Positions 36,720-54,753 of a DNA stretch of 55,396 nucleotides are shown here, one piece after another. The notes beneath the pieces were generated by a model. It worked only from the letters and a program-made list of their open reading frames with translations. It had not been told where the DNA came from and ran no database searches. Numbering within the stretch: position 1 is the first letter of the stretch; every line of letters starts with the position of its first letter. The translations under genes were made by a program, and so were the position numbers. The DNA is from Sphingomonadaceae bacterium (GTDB lineage Bacteria; Chloroflexota; UBA6077), in contig JBLNDL010000077.1 of NCBI GenBank assembly GCA_050261575.1, forward strand, positions 1 through 55,396. Direction: 5' to 3'.

Positions 36720-38113
36720 TGTTTCGGAAGATCCTTATCGCCAACCGGGGTGAGATCGCCGTCCGGATCATTCGCGCCTGCCGGGAGCTGGGAGTGTCGA
36801 CCGTGGTCGCCTACTCCGAGGCGGACCGACACTCGTTGGCGGTGGAGATGGCCGACGAGGCTATCTGCATCGGCCCCGCCCCCTCCGACAAGAGCTACCT
36901 CAACATCTCCAACGTGGTCAGCGCCGCCCTGGTGAGCGGCGCCGAGGCGATACACCCCGGCTACGGCTTTCTCTCCGAGAACGCATACCTGGCCGAGGTG
37001 TGCGAGCAGTGCCAGATAGCCTTCGTCGGCCCGTCGGCGCGGGCCATCGAGCAGTTCCACGACAAGTCGGCCGCCCGGAACCGGATGAGGTCCGCCGGTC
37101 TGCCGGTGCTCCCCGGGGTTGACAAGCCGGTGTACACTCTGGATGCCGCGCTGGGGATAGCCGCCGAGATCGGTTTTCCGGTCATGGTGAAGGCTTGCGC
37201 GGGCGGCGGGGGCCGGGGTCTACGACCGGCCTACGATGAGGCGGAGCTGGCCCGAAGCTTCCAGATTGCCCAGTCGGAGGCCCAGAGCGCGTTCGGCAGC
37301 GCCGGGCTCTATTTGGAAGCTCTGGTGGAGGGTGCGCGGCACGTCGAGGTCCAGGTGCTGGTCGACCGGTACGGGAAGGCGATTCACCTGGGAGAGCGCG
37401 ATTGCTCCCTCCAGCGGCGCCACCAGAAGATCCTGGAGGAGTCCCCGTGCGTTTCCATCGATCCCGAGGTTCGGCAGGAGATGGGGGCGCGAGCGGCTGC
37501 TGCCGCGGCGGCCATAGGGTACGAAGGGGTCGGGACCGTGGAGTTCCTGGTGGACCAGAAGGGTCGCTACCACTTCATCGAGATGAACACACGAATCCAG
37601 GTAGAGCACCCGGTTTCGGAGATGACGACGGGGATAGACCTGGTAAAATGGCAGTTGCGCGTCGCGGCCGGGGAGCCGCTGAGTCTGGACCAATCGTCGG
37701 TGCGACCGCGGGGCCACGCCATCGAGTGCCGGGTGAACGCGGAGGATCCCGCGAAGGGCTTCGCGCCGCAGTCGGGATTGGTGTCCAGTTGCTCGTTGCC
37801 AGGGGGCCCCGGGATTCGGGTCGATACTCACCTGTTCCCCGGCTACCAGATGCCACCCTACTACGATTCCCTTCTGGCGAAGGTGATCGCGTGGGGGAAC
37901 GACCGCCACGAAGCAGTGTCCAGGATGAGGCGGGCGCTGGAGGAGTTCAAGATCGGCGGAGTCACCACCAACATTCCGTTCCATCTCCGGCTGTTGGCGG
38001 ATCCGGATTTCCTGTGTGGCCGGTTCGATACGCACTTCGTGGAACGGTGGCTGGCCGCCGAGATGCCTCTTCTAGCTGGAGACGCTCCGTCCGCGGTGGC
38101 CAGCGGCGCGTGA
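36719..38113 (+). CDS. accC: Acetyl-CoA carboxylase biotin carboxylase subunit
   Basis: ANRGEIA, HPGYGFLSEN, GGGGRG, ERDCSLQRRHQK, EMNTRIQVEH, YDSLLAK. Confidence 0.95.
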   Translation: MFRKILIANRGEIAVRIIRACRELGVSTVVAYSEADRHSLAVEMADEAICIGPAPSDKSYLNISNVVSAALVSGAEAIHPGYGFLSENAYLAEVCEQCQIAFVGPSARAIEQFHDKSAARNRMRSAGLPVLPGVDKPVYTLDAALGIAAEIGFPVMVKACAGGGGRGLRPAYDEAELARSFQIAQSEAQSAFGSAGLYLEALVEGARHVEVQVLVDRYGKAIHLGERDCSLQRRHQKILEESPCVSIDPEVRQEMGARAAAAAAAIGYEGVGTVEFLVDQKGRYHFIEMNTRIQVEHPVSEMTTGIDLVKWQLRVAAGEPLSLDQSSVRPRGHAIECRVNAEDPAKGFAPQSGLVSSCSLPGGPGIRVDTHLFPGYQMPPYYDSLLAKVIAWGNDRHEAVSRMRRALEEFKIGGVTTNIPFHLRLLADPDFLCGRFDTHFVERWLAAEMPLLAGDAPSAVASGA

Positions 38114-38211
38114 GTTGCCGCGAGTCCGTTGGGTTGGGGCGGCTGGCCCTTCTCGCGGAGGGCGAGGCGGACCGGTGCCGACGGTGGGCAGCAAGTCCGG
38201 GAGGCGACGGC

Positions 38212-38550
38212 ATGTCGACGGATAGCGATTTCTGCACGGTTAGGATCGCCCCGAGCGTTCTCGCGACCATAGCTGGGCTGACTGCGATGGAGGTGCCTGG
38301 GGTCCTCCGGACCAGTGGCGGCTTGGTCAGTGGCGTGAGCAAGCTGGTTGGGCGGGAGGATCCCACCCGAGGCGTAAGGCTGAGGGTGAAAGACGACCAG
38401 GTCTACCTCGACATCCACGTTGTCGTGGAGCAGGGGGCCGACCTGGTTCGGGTTGGCAACCAGATCCAGCGGGATGTGGCTCGTGCCATCGACAAGATGG
38501 TGGGGCTGCCGGTCGCTGAGATCAACGTGTACGTGCAGGACCTCGAGTAG
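38212..38550 (+). CDS. Asp23/Gls24-family protein (YqhY-like)
   Basis: IAPSVLATIAG..EVPGV..RGVRL..INVYVQD; between accC and nusB as in Firmicutes. Confidence 0.9.
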   Translation: MSTDSDFCTVRIAPSVLATIAGLTAMEVPGVLRTSGGLVSGVSKLVGREDPTRGVRLRVKDDQVYLDIHVVVEQGADLVRVGNQIQRDVARAIDKMVGLPVAEINVYVQDLE

Positions 38551-38571
38551 CGGCTCAACGGGGTTGGACAG

Positions 38572-39042
38572 ATGGCGTCTTCTCAGCGGTTGGTCCGAGG
38601 ACGAAGGGCGGCTCGAACGCTCGCGTTGCAGGTTCTGTTTGAGGTGGACACCACCGGGCATGGTCCTCAAGAGGTGCTCGCCAGACGGCTTGCCGAGGAT
38701 GGGCTCGATCCTGAGGCGGCGAAGTACGCCGAGGGGCTGGTCAATGGCGTTCTCCGGCACGTCGAAGCCATCGACGGCCTCATCCAGAAGGCCGCGCCGG
38801 CGTGGCCCTTCACGCAGATGGCCGGGATCGACCGCAACATTATACGAATAGCCCTCTACGAGGCGCTTTTTCAGCCCGAGAAGGTGCCCTTCAAAGTGGC
38901 CGTCAACGAGGCGGTGGAACTGGCTAAGAAGTTCGGGTCCGAGAGTTCTGGCCGGTTCGTCAACGGCGTTGTTGGAAGGATAGTCTCACAAGAGATCGCC
39001 AAGAGTGAGGGCGACAACCCACCCGAGGACACGACCCAGTAG
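38572..39042 (+). CDS. nusB: Transcription antitermination factor NusB
   Basis: RRAARTLALQVLF, IDRNIIR, VNEAVELAKKFG, FVNGV. Confidence 0.95.
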   Translation: MASSQRLVRGRRAARTLALQVLFEVDTTGHGPQEVLARRLAEDGLDPEAAKYAEGLVNGVLRHVEAIDGLIQKAAPAWPFTQMAGIDRNIIRIALYEALFQPEKVPFKVAVNEAVELAKKFGSESSGRFVNGVVGRIVSQEIAKSEGDNPPEDTTQ

Positions 39043-39060
39043 TGAAAGGAGGTGAAGAAG

Positions 39061-39306
39061 GTGGCTCTAGATGCCCAGGCACAGGCTCGCTTGAAAAAGA
39101 TCGTGGCGGAGCAGCTCAGCGTCGACGAGGATGACGTGGTTCCGGAGGCCTCGTTCATAGAGGACCTGAACGCGGATTCCCTGGACCTGGTCGAGTTGAT
39201 CATGACGTTGGAGGAAGAGTTCAACATCAAGATCTCCGACGAGGACGCCGAGAAGATCCAGACTGTTCAGGATGCCATGGATTATCTGCAGGAGCACCTC
39301 GACTAA
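39061..39306 (+). CDS. acpP: Acyl carrier protein
   Basis: [30 protein letters not shown]. Confidence 0.96.
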   Translation: MALDAQAQARLKKIVAEQLSVDEDDVVPEASFIEDLNADSLDLVELIMTLEEEFNIKISDEDAEKIQTVQDAMDYLQEHLD

Positions 39307-39455
39307 AGGGGGCGCTTTCGAGCTTCAATCCCATAGGTCTCCGCGGGGATTCGGCCGGGTAGTGCGGCTTTTCGGGATCCTCGTCGGAGGCTATGGGGGG
39401 AAGTCTATCTGAGAGGGGTAGCAGGGCTAGGAGAAGCGAGGCGAGAAACCAGGCA

Positions 39456-40178
39456 ATGCAAACAGCCCACGAGGAAGAGTTCGAGGGGAAGAAGCTCACC
39501 ATCATCGAGCACCTGGAGGAGCTGCGAGAGAGGCTTATCAAGTCCGTCTTGGCCCTCCTGGTTGCGACCGCAGCGTCGTTCGCCTTCACCGGAAAGCTGT
39601 TGGAGATCCTACTGATCCCCTCTGGGGGCATCAAGCCCGTCTTCCTGAAGCCGACCGAGATGTTTGTCACTTACTTCAAGGTGGCATTGATCGGCGGCGC
39701 GGTCTTGGCAATGCCTGTGATCGCCTATCAGGCCATCCGTTTCATCGTGCCTGGGCTCAAGGCGCACGAGAAGAAGTACCTCTTCTTTGTGGTCCCCGCA
39801 ATGAGCCTCCTCTTCGCGATGGGCGTTGCGTTTGGGTACCTGGTGCTCTTGCCATTCGCCCTGCGATACCTCCTGACCTTCGGCGGCGACATTGCCAGCG
39901 CCTTCATTAGCATCGGCGAGTACGTCTCGTTCGTGGTGACCCTGTTGCTCTGGATGGGCGTGGCCTTCGAGCTGCCCATGCTGATCGTCTTCCTCGCGAA
40001 GATCGGCATCGTGGATCAGAAGAAGCTGAGCGGCTATCGGAAGTACGCCCTCGTGGGGGCCTTCGTTCTGTCGGCGGTGATCACGCCGACTCCCGATCCC
40101 TTCAACCAAACCATGGTGGCGGTGCCGATCTACCTCCTTTACGAGGTTGGGGTATTGTTTGCTCGGCTGGTTCGCTAG
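39456..40178 (+). CDS. tatC: Twin-arginine translocase subunit TatC
   Basis: [33 protein letters not shown]. Confidence 0.94.
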   Translation: MQTAHEEEFEGKKLTIIEHLEELRERLIKSVLALLVATAASFAFTGKLLEILLIPSGGIKPVFLKPTEMFVTYFKVALIGGAVLAMPVIAYQAIRFIVPGLKAHEKKYLFFVVPAMSLLFAMGVAFGYLVLLPFALRYLLTFGGDIASAFISIGEYVSFVVTLLLWMGVAFELPMLIVFLAKIGIVDQKKLSGYRKYALVGAFVLSAVITPTPDPFNQTMVAVPIYLLYEVGVLFARLVR

Positions 40179-40203
40179 CGGCCGGCCATCGGGGGGTGAT
40201 GCC

Positions 40204-41586
40204 GTGAGCGGCGGAATCGTGTATGGATGCGTGGCTCCTCATCCCCCCATCCTCGTGCCTGCCGTGGGTGGGCCCAGATCCGAACAGGTGCGCCAGACCC
40301 GCGAGGCCATGCGGCAGGTCGCGCGGGAGATCCGCAGACTGGCCCCAGACACCCTCGTGCTGGTGTCCCCTCATGCTCCCATCAACGCTCGCACCATGAG
40401 CGTGTGCGTTGCGGGCAGGTACGTCGGCGGCTTCGAGGCTTTCGGTGCTCCCTCGGTCAGGCTCTCGTATCCCGGAGACCCGATCCTCGCGTCCGCGCTG
40501 GAGGATGAATGCAAGCTCAGGCGCCTGCCGGTAGTGCGGATCGGCCGCCCCGACGGTAGCTACCGACTCGATCACGGCGCGGGGGTTCCCCTCTACTTCT
40601 TGCAGGAGGCAGGGGTTCGCGCTGCCCTGTTGGTGCTCGCCTTCTCGGGGCTGTCGGTGGATGCACACCGCCTGTTCGGCCGCACGGTCGCAGACGTCGC
40701 GCGGAGCGTCGGCAGGCGGGTCGCAGTTATCGCCAGCGGTGATCTCTCCCACCGCCTCATCCCGGGTGCCCCGGCCGGCTTCAGCCCCAGAGCTAAGGAG
40801 TTCGACGACACCCTCGTGTCCGCCCTTCGCCGGCAGGATCGCGATGGGGTGTTCACGATGGATGAGGATCTCATCTTCGAGGCTGGGGAGTGCGGCTACC
40901 GCTCCGTGGTGATAGCACTCGGCGCGATGCCGGAGGCGCAGGTGCAGGTGCTCTCCTACGAGGCGCCGTTCGGGGTGGGCTACCTCGTGGTACGGCTGGA
41001 GACGACGTATGCTTCGCACGGGGAGGCGGTCGCGCACGGGGAGTCGCCTGCCCGGGCGAGGGCTCCTTGGGAAGCCGAGGTGCTCGGCCTGGCCCGCCGG
41101 GCAGTGGAGAACTACGTGCTGGAGGGCAGGATGATCGAGCCGCCGGCCGAGCCCGCCGGTGTGCTGGGGCAGAGTGCGGGCGTGTTCGTCACTCTGAAGA
41201 TCGGGAGAGAGTTGCGCGGCTGCATGGGCACGTTCCTGGCGACCGAACCGACTGTGGCGGCGGAGATTGCGCGCAACGCCATTGCGGCCGCGAGCCTGGA
41301 TCCCCGCTTCCCTCCGGTCGGGCGGGAAGAGCTGCCCTACCTCCACTACTCGGTGGATATCCTCTCACCGCCCGAGCCGATAGAGGACATCGCGGGGCTA
41401 GATCCGAAGCGGTATGGGGTGATCGTGCAATCGGGAGCCAGGAGGGGGTTGCTGTTGCCCGATCTTGAGGGTGTGGAGACGGCGGAACTTCAGGTGGAAA
41501 TCGCCCGCCGGAAGGCCGGGATAGCGCCGGGCGTACCGGTCCAACTGTATCGCTTCACGGTGCGCCGGATCAGTGAGGAAGGATAA
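40204..41586 (+). CDS. amrA: AmmeMemoRadiSam system protein A: LigB/Memo-like domain fused to an AMMECR1 domain
   Basis: [30 protein letters not shown], then GVFVTL..LRGCMGT..DPRF..GLLLPDL. Confidence 0.88.
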   Translation: MSGGIVYGCVAPHPPILVPAVGGPRSEQVRQTREAMRQVAREIRRLAPDTLVLVSPHAPINARTMSVCVAGRYVGGFEAFGAPSVRLSYPGDPILASALEDECKLRRLPVVRIGRPDGSYRLDHGAGVPLYFLQEAGVRAALLVLAFSGLSVDAHRLFGRTVADVARSVGRRVAVIASGDLSHRLIPGAPAGFSPRAKEFDDTLVSALRRQDRDGVFTMDEDLIFEAGECGYRSVVIALGAMPEAQVQVLSYEAPFGVGYLVVRLETTYASHGEAVAHGESPARARAPWEAEVLGLARRAVENYVLEGRMIEPPAEPAGVLGQSAGVFVTLKIGRELRGCMGTFLATEPTVAAEIARNAIAAASLDPRFPPVGREELPYLHYSVDILSPPEPIEDIAGLDPKRYGVIVQSGARRGLLLPDLEGVETAELQVEIARRKAGIAPGVPVQLYRFTVRRISEEG

Positions 41587-41613
41587 GGGGCGGGTCAGCG
41601 GGACCCGCCCCTT
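41585..41613. terminator. Hairpin between convergent amrA and cupin genes
   Basis: AAGGGGCGGGTC-N5-GACCCGCCCCTT. Confidence 0.65.
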
Positions 41614-41632
41614 GTACGCGTTCGATGGGGTG

Positions 41633-41962
41633 CTACTCCAGATACTCCGCCCGCACGGGAGTGAACACGTCGATGGCAACCGCGTCCTCGATCACCTCGA
41701 CGGAGTGGACAGCGTTGGGGGGGACGGCATAGCCATCGCCAGCCTTCAAGAGCATCGCCTCCCCCGCTATGTCGAAGCGCAACTGGCCCGAGGCCACGAA
41801 GCCGATCTGCTCGTGTGGATGGCTGTGGGCCGGAAGGACGCTACCCTTGGCCAGTTCGAACCGCACGGCCATGACTCGTTCTCCCGCGGTCACCAGCGTG
41901 CGCCGTATGCCCGGCAAAGCGTCGACCGTCCTCCTGTCCTCTGCGTGCCAGAAGTAGGCCAT
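41633..41962 (-). CDS. Cupin-domain protein
   Basis: PAHSHPHEQIG..SG and PPNAVH motifs, DVFTPVR. Confidence 0.9.
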   Translation of the reverse strand: MAYFWHAEDRRTVDALPGIRRTLVTAGERVMAVRFELAKGSVLPAHSHPHEQIGFVASGQLRFDIAGEAMLLKAGDGYAVPPNAVHSVEVIEDAVAIDVFTPVRAEYLE

Positions 41963-41975
41963 GTCTCTCGTCTCC

Positions 41976-43256
41976 TTACGCCGTCTGATCCTTCAGGTCG
42001 TCGACTTCGACGGGGCGTTCCGCCCTCGTCAGCAGGAGAGGGCCCTTTCGATTGCTGATGGTCTCGGCGTTGATGATGCACTTCTTGACGTCGGTGCGAG
42101 AAGGGACCTCGTACATGACGTCGAGCAGCACCTCCTCGATGATCGTCCGGAGGCCACGGGCGCCAGTCTTGAGACGCAGCGCCTGCTCGGCCGCGGCCTC
42201 GAGTGCGTCTGGAGTGAAGACCAACTCCACCTTGTCCAGGGCGAGGAACTTGGAGTACTGCTTGGTGATGGCGTTCTTCGGCTCGGTCAGGATGCGAACC
42301 AGATCCGGCTTGCTGAGCGGATCGATCGACACGGTGATCGGCAGCCGGCCGATGAACTCTGGGATCAGGCCGTAATGGAGCAGATCGTCGGCGATCAACT
42401 GGTGGAGCAGGTTGGCCTTCTCCTCCGCGCTGCGCTTCTCTGCGGTGAAGCCGATGGTCCTCTTATTGCCCACCCGCTTGGCCACGATCTCCTCCAACCC
42501 CTCGAAAGCCCCGCCGCAGACGAACAGGATGTTGGCGGTATTGATCTGGATGAAGTCCTGGTGGGGGTGCTTCCTGCCGCCCTGAGGGGGCACGTTAGCA
42601 ACGGTGCCTTCGATGATCTTGAGTAGGGCCTGCTGGACACCCTCTCCGGAGACGTCTCGGGTGAGGGATGGGTTGTCGCTCTTGCGGGCGATCTTGTCGA
42701 TCTCGTCGATGTAGACGATTCCCCGCTCTGCCCTGGGGATGTCGAAGTCTGCCGCCTGGATCAGGCGCAACAGGATGTTCTCGACGTCCTCGCCAACGTA
42801 GCCAGCCTCGGTAAGGGCGGTTGCATCGGCTATGCAGAAGGGAACGTCCAGGATCTTGGCCAGGGTCTGAGCCAGAAGGGTCTTGCCGCAGCCGGTCGGC
42901 CCGACCAGAAGGATGTTGCTCTTCTGCAGCTCGACGTCATCGATCTGCATGCCCGCGTTGATGCGTTTGTAGTGGTTGTACACCGCAACGGAGAGGACCT
43001 TCTTGGCCCGTTCCTGTCCGATGACGTAGGAATTGAGCTGCTCGAGGATTCTCTTGGGAGTCGGGATCTTGGACAGGGGAACCTTGGCCCGGGTGGCCGG
43101 CTGAGACTCTTCATCGATGATTTCACGGCACAGATCTACGCACTCATCGCAGATGTAGACGGCGCCTGGCCCCGCGATCAAACGGCGCACCTGGTCCTGA
43201 CTCTTTCCGCAGAAAGAACAGTGGTACTGACCGCGGGTCGGTCGCTGATTGGCCAT
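41976..43256 (-). CDS. clpX: ATP-dependent Clp protease ATP-binding subunit ClpX
   Basis: CSFCGK zinc domain, [30 protein letters not shown] loop. Confidence 0.98.
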   Translation of the reverse strand: MANQRPTRGQYHCSFCGKSQDQVRRLIAGPGAVYICDECVDLCREIIDEESQPATRAKVPLSKIPTPKRILEQLNSYVIGQERAKKVLSVAVYNHYKRINAGMQIDDVELQKSNILLVGPTGCGKTLLAQTLAKILDVPFCIADATALTEAGYVGEDVENILLRLIQAADFDIPRAERGIVYIDEIDKIARKSDNPSLTRDVSGEGVQQALLKIIEGTVANVPPQGGRKHPHQDFIQINTANILFVCGGAFEGLEEIVAKRVGNKRTIGFTAEKRSAEEKANLLHQLIADDLLHYGLIPEFIGRLPITVSIDPLSKPDLVRILTEPKNAITKQYSKFLALDKVELVFTPDALEAAAEQALRLKTGARGLRTIIEEVLLDVMYEVPSRTDVKKCIINAETISNRKGPLLLTRAERPVEVDDLKDQTA

Positions 43257-43423
43257 GTCTGAAGGGTCCTCCTCTTTGCGGGTTTGCGGGAAGCTGCAGT
43301 ATCGCGGTGGCGGGCCACGCTGCCCGCGATGAACGGCGACCTTGGGCTGCGAGGGGGGCGGGCGGTGAGCCGGATGCCCCCTCGTCCATTATTGTAACCT
43401 ATCGCAGCCAAAGACTGTTAGTG

Positions 43424-44065
43424 TTAGCGCTTGGACAGCACGGCATCCACGATGCCGTACTCCTGGGCCTGGTTGGCGTCCATGAAGAAGTCGCGGTCGG
43501 TGTCGCGGATGATGCGATCCAGAGGCTGACCGGTGTGGAAAGCCATGATCTCGCGGATCCGGTTCTGGAGCCGCAGGATCTCCTTGGCTCGGATCTCGAT
43601 GTCGGCAGCGGCTCCCTCGAATCCTCCAGAGGCCTGGTGGATCATCACCGTCGAGTTGGGTAGGGCGTATCGCTTGCCCTTGGCGCCGCCGACGAGCAAT
43701 ACCGTGCCCATGCTTGCGGCGAAGCCGACGCAGATGGTGGCCACGTCCGGCTTGATCAGTTGCATGGTGTCGTAGACCGCGAGCCCGGCGGTGATGATCC
43801 CACCGGGGGAGTGGATGTACATGTTGATGTCTTTGTCCGGGTCCTCGCGATCCAGATAAAGAAGCTGGGCGATGATCAGGTTGGCGATGGTATCGTCGAT
43901 GGGGGTTCCGAGGAAGACGATCCGCTCCTTCAGCAGGAGGGAGTAGATGTCGAAGGCCCTCTCGCCCCTGCCGGTGGTCTCGATGACCATCGGCACCAAC
44001 TGACTCCTGATCTGGTCCTCGTGCTTCTTGAGGTAATCGGGGTTTCTCAGGTAATCCGGGATCAT
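43424..44065 (-). CDS. clpP: ATP-dependent Clp protease proteolytic subunit
   Basis: [29 protein letters not shown]. Confidence 0.97.
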   Translation of the reverse strand: MIPDYLRNPDYLKKHEDQIRSQLVPMVIETTGRGERAFDIYSLLLKERIVFLGTPIDDTIANLIIAQLLYLDREDPDKDINMYIHSPGGIITAGLAVYDTMQLIKPDVATICVGFAASMGTVLLVGGAKGKRYALPNSTVMIHQASGGFEGAAADIEIRAKEILRLQNRIREIMAFHTGQPLDRIIRDTDRDFFMDANQAQEYGIVDAVLSKR

Positions 44066-44104
44066 GTTTCTTCCTTTGCTAGTCGCTGACCGGCCGCGGG
44101 CAGA

Positions 44105-45448
44105 CTACTCGGAACCCTCAGCCACCTCGGCCTCGCTCTTGGCCTCGGCTGCGGTCTCCTGCTCGACGCTCTCGGCCTGCTCGGCCTTGCCAAGGGCAAT
44201 CTCGACCAATCGGTCCACCGTCTTGCGGTCCCGCATCATCAAATGGAGGCTCGACCGAAGCCGGTCCCTCTCGGCGGGGGCAACCTTCCCCCCGCGAGGC
44301 GCGATAGCCTGCTCCAGAGCAGCGTCGAGCTCCTCGTCGCTCACTGTTATCCCCTCGGCTTCGGCGACGGCGTCGAGCACCAGAGTGCGCTTGATCTGGC
44401 GCTTGGCAGCAGTCTGCAGTTCCTCGCGGTAGCTCTCATCGGTGCGATTGGTGAACTGCAGGTACTGATCGACGTTGAGGCCATCTCGGGCGAGGCTCTG
44501 CTGGGTGTTCCTGCGGAGGGTCTCGGCCTGCTCCTCAACCCAGACTTCAGGGGGCTCGGCTTGGGCCTGGTCGATGACCGCGGCCATCACGGAGTCCTCC
44601 AGGTTCTGCCTTGCCTGGGCCTTGACCTGCTCCTCAAGCTGCTTGCGGATGGCTGCTCGGACCTCGTCCAGTGTTGAGTACTCGCCGAGGGACTTGGCGA
44701 ACTCATCGTCCAGGGCGGGCAGGTGCTTCTCCTGAACCTCGCCCAGGCCGACCTCGACGACGGCCTCCTTGCCGGCCAATTCCTTGTCGGAGAAGTCCGC
44801 CGGCAGGGTCACGTCTATAGCCTTCCGGTCTCCCGCCTTCATTCCCACGATCGCCTCTACGACGCCGGGGGCAAGGATCGGTCGCTCGGGATCGAGCACC
44901 AACTGGATGCCCTTCCTGTCGACCAGCACCTTGTCTTCGACCCGCGCGCGCAGGTCGATCGTGACCAGGTCACCGGCTGCGGCCTCTCGCTCTACGAGTG
45001 CCCAGGTCGCACGGGACTGACGCAGGCTCTCCAGGGTGCTTTCCACCTGCTCGTCTGTGATCTCTGGCACTTCCATCGTCTGTCGAATGGCGTGATAGTC
45101 GCCCAGGACGACTTTAGGGCGGATTGGAACAGTGGCCTTGATCGAGAGGGGCTCGGCGCTGACGATGTCCAGATGGGGCTGAGCGACGGGATCGATACCG
45201 GTTTCCCGGACCGCCTCCTCATACACTTCGGGGACAAGGATCTCCAGAGCCTCGTTCATGAGCGCTTCCCGGCCGACCAACCGCTCGACCAGGACGCGCG
45301 GCGCCTTGCCGCGGCGGAAGCCGGGGACGTTGACTCTGGAGGCAACGCGGCGAAAGGCTTTCTCCATGGCCTTCTCGACGCGTTCGGGTTCGATCTCCAT
45401 ATCGAGGACAACCTGGCTGCCCTCAATCTCAGAGGCGGTTACCTTCAC
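44105..45448 (-). CDS. tig: Trigger factor
   Basis: PGFRRGKAP ribosome-binding motif, LDDEFA; upstream of clpP; GTG after AAGGAG. Confidence 0.95.
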   Translation of the reverse strand: MKVTASEIEGSQVVLDMEIEPERVEKAMEKAFRRVASRVNVPGFRRGKAPRVLVERLVGREALMNEALEILVPEVYEEAVRETGIDPVAQPHLDIVSAEPLSIKATVPIRPKVVLGDYHAIRQTMEVPEITDEQVESTLESLRQSRATWALVEREAAAGDLVTIDLRARVEDKVLVDRKGIQLVLDPERPILAPGVVEAIVGMKAGDRKAIDVTLPADFSDKELAGKEAVVEVGLGEVQEKHLPALDDEFAKSLGEYSTLDEVRAAIRKQLEEQVKAQARQNLEDSVMAAVIDQAQAEPPEVWVEEQAETLRRNTQQSLARDGLNVDQYLQFTNRTDESYREELQTAAKRQIKRTLVLDAVAEAEGITVSDEELDAALEQAIAPRGGKVAPAERDRLRSSLHLMMRDRKTVDRLVEIALGKAEQAESVEQETAAEAKSEAEVAEGSE

Positions 45449-45504
45449 GAAGCTGTCATCTCCTTCTTGCGCTGCTCCCACGAACGGGGGTGGGTATTAC
45501 ACAA

Positions 45505-45533
45505 TTGGGCTCTTTAGCACGTAAAGAGCCCAA
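45505..45533. promoter_or_regulatory. Perfect 12-bp inverted repeat upstream of tig
   Basis: TTGGGCTCTTTA-GCACG-TAAAGAGCCCAA. Confidence 0.4.
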
Positions 45534-45551
45534 CCCTGGTGACTGTGCACC

Positions 45552-45581
45552 AAAGGAAAGAGGCAAGGAACACCTTGCCTC
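45552..45581 (-). terminator. Intrinsic terminator after the tRNA-Lys/Leu/Gly operon
   Basis: GAGGCAAGG-TGTT-CCTTGCCTC followed by TTTCCTTT on minus. Confidence 0.75.
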
Positions 45582-45594
45582 GACCGAGAGACTG

Positions 45595-45669
45595 TGGAGC
45601 GGAAGACGAGATTCGAACTCGCGACCCTCTCCTTGGCAAGGAGATGCTCTACCACTGAGCCACTTCCGC
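45595..45669 (-). tRNA. tRNA-Gly (GCC)
   Basis: GCGGAAG acceptor, anticodon loop TTGCCAA, encoded CCA. Confidence 0.97.
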
Positions 45670-45732
45670 ATTCGACATCAACCGCAAGAAGCCGGCAGCC
45701 TGATCCTAGCTCCGCTTCTCACTCCACTTCAG

Positions 45733-45814
45733 TGGGGAAGGCGGGACTCGAACCCGCACGGATCACTCCACATGATCCTAAGTCATGCTCGTCTACCAGT
45801 TCCGACACTCCCCC
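45733..45814 (-). tRNA. tRNA-Leu (UAG)
   Basis: GGGGGAG/CTTCCCC acceptor, loop CTTAGGA, long variable arm; CCA not encoded. Confidence 0.95.
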
Positions 45815-45818
45815 GCCC

Positions 45819-45894
45819 TGGTGAGCCGCGCAGGACTCGAACCTGCAACCCAGTGATTAAGAGTCACTTGCTCTGCCAATTGAGCTAGCGGCCC
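45819..45894 (-). tRNA. tRNA-Lys (CUU)
   Basis: GGGCCGC acceptor, AGTGA-CTCTTAA-TCACT, encoded CCA. Confidence 0.97.
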
Positions 45895-45907
45895 AAGCGC
45901 AAGGAGG

Positions 45908-45936
45908 ATTATACCCGACACCCTCTCCGATGTAAA
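45908..45936 (-). promoter_or_regulatory. sigma70-type promoter for the tRNA operon
   Basis: TTTACA-N17-TATAAT. Confidence 0.7.
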
Positions 45937-46152
45937 GTGCGTGTACTCGTTCGCTACGCCCGCGACACATCCCCCTTTCGTGAGTGTTCACTCCGGCGCG
46001 TTCCTGGGCTCGCAATCCCTCCGTGGCCCGATTATTGCGACAGAGGGTGGTTGACAATATGTGAGGACGGATGGGTTCGCGACGGCTCGCAGGCTTGCCC
46101 CGATGCCCCTCGCGAGGGGGCAGACTCTTATGTTCTTAATCTGACCAAAGGA

Positions 46153-46181
46153 TTGACGCTGCTGTTGCGGATTGGTAGAAT
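46153..46181 (+). promoter_or_regulatory. sigma70-type promoter for rpoB
   Basis: TTGACG-N17-TAGAAT with extended TG. Confidence 0.65.
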
Positions 46182-46245
46182 AGCCTTTACGGCCAAAGTA
46201 TGCCCAGTTCACGCCTGCCACGACTAGTGCGGAGGGTTGCAGTTC

Positions 46246-49680
<3,435 letters not shown>

Positions 49681-49896
49681 GAAGCTAGAGACCGCTACAC
49701 TGACTGTACGAGGCGGGGTTGACCTCAACCCCCGCCAGCGTTCCGGTGGCGGCGCGACGAAGCTCCCGCCCCGGCTGGTTCCTCCAAGTCAGAATCAGTC
49801 TGGTGGTGTGCTAGAGGCGAATGAGGCGAACGGCGAATGGTGAGCAAAGGTTGGCGACGCCATTCGCTTTTCGTCCGTTGAGGAGGATGGGCCTTC

Positions 49897-54107
<4,211 letters not shown>

Positions 54108-54111
<4 letters not shown>

Positions 54112-54136
54112 CAGGGTAGAGGCCCTTTGGTAAACT
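54108..54136 (+). promoter_or_regulatory. sigma70-type promoter for the str operon, overlapping the rpoC stop
   Basis: TTGACA-N17-TAAACT. Confidence 0.7.
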
Positions 54137-54220
54137 CGTCAATTGCTGTGTCCAGGGCGGAGTGCGGCCCTGACGACGAGGTAGCAGTAACAGTGAAGCA
54201 GGCCGGGGAGGAGCTGGATC

Positions 54221-54646
54221 TTGCCCACGATTAGTCAGTTGGTCCGAAAGGGCCGCCGGAAGCTCACCAAGAAGACCAAGGCACCTGCGCTACGGTTCAT
54301 CTATAACGCGCTGGAGCGGAAGACCACCCGGAGCGGTGGGGCACCGCAGAAGCGGGGCGTCTGCACGCAGGTCAAGACGATGACCCCGAAGAAGCCGAAC
54401 TCCGCGTTGCGGAAGATCGCCAGGGTGCGGCTGTCGAACCAGATGGAGGTCACCGCTTACATTCCTGGCGAGGGCCACAACCTGCAGGAGCACTCCGTAG
54501 TGCTGATCCGAGGTGGGCGCGTGAAGGATCTCCCTGGCGTGCGCTACCACATCGTCCGCGGCGCTCTCGACGCGGCGGGCGTGAAGGATCGCAAGAAGGG
54601 GCGGTCGAAGTACGGGGCCAAGGCGCCCAAGGCTGCGGCCAAGTAG
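54221..54646 (+). CDS. rpsL: 30S ribosomal protein S12
   Basis: [34 protein letters not shown] start. Confidence 0.98.
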   Translation: MPTISQLVRKGRRKLTKKTKAPALRFIYNALERKTTRSGGAPQKRGVCTQVKTMTPKKPNSALRKIARVRLSNQMEVTAYIPGEGHNLQEHSVVLIRGGRVKDLPGVRYHIVRGALDAAGVKDRKKGRSKYGAKAPKAAAK

Positions 54647-54753
54647 TCGGGAACAGGCTGGTTGAGAGATACCGGGCCAGGTTCTAACGAGCAATCGCTG
54701 GCCCGGTATTCATGTGGGTTGTTGGGCTACTTGTAATATCTTTGGAGGAAAAC

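Noticed and set aside
37402..38211. Long N-terminal extension of the second Asp23 ORF
   Set aside because: Overlaps accC in another frame; the real start is ATG 38212 with a GGAGG RBS
45514..45540. CIRCE element before tig
   Set aside because: Only TTAGCAC is present; no GAGTGCTAA at the required spacing
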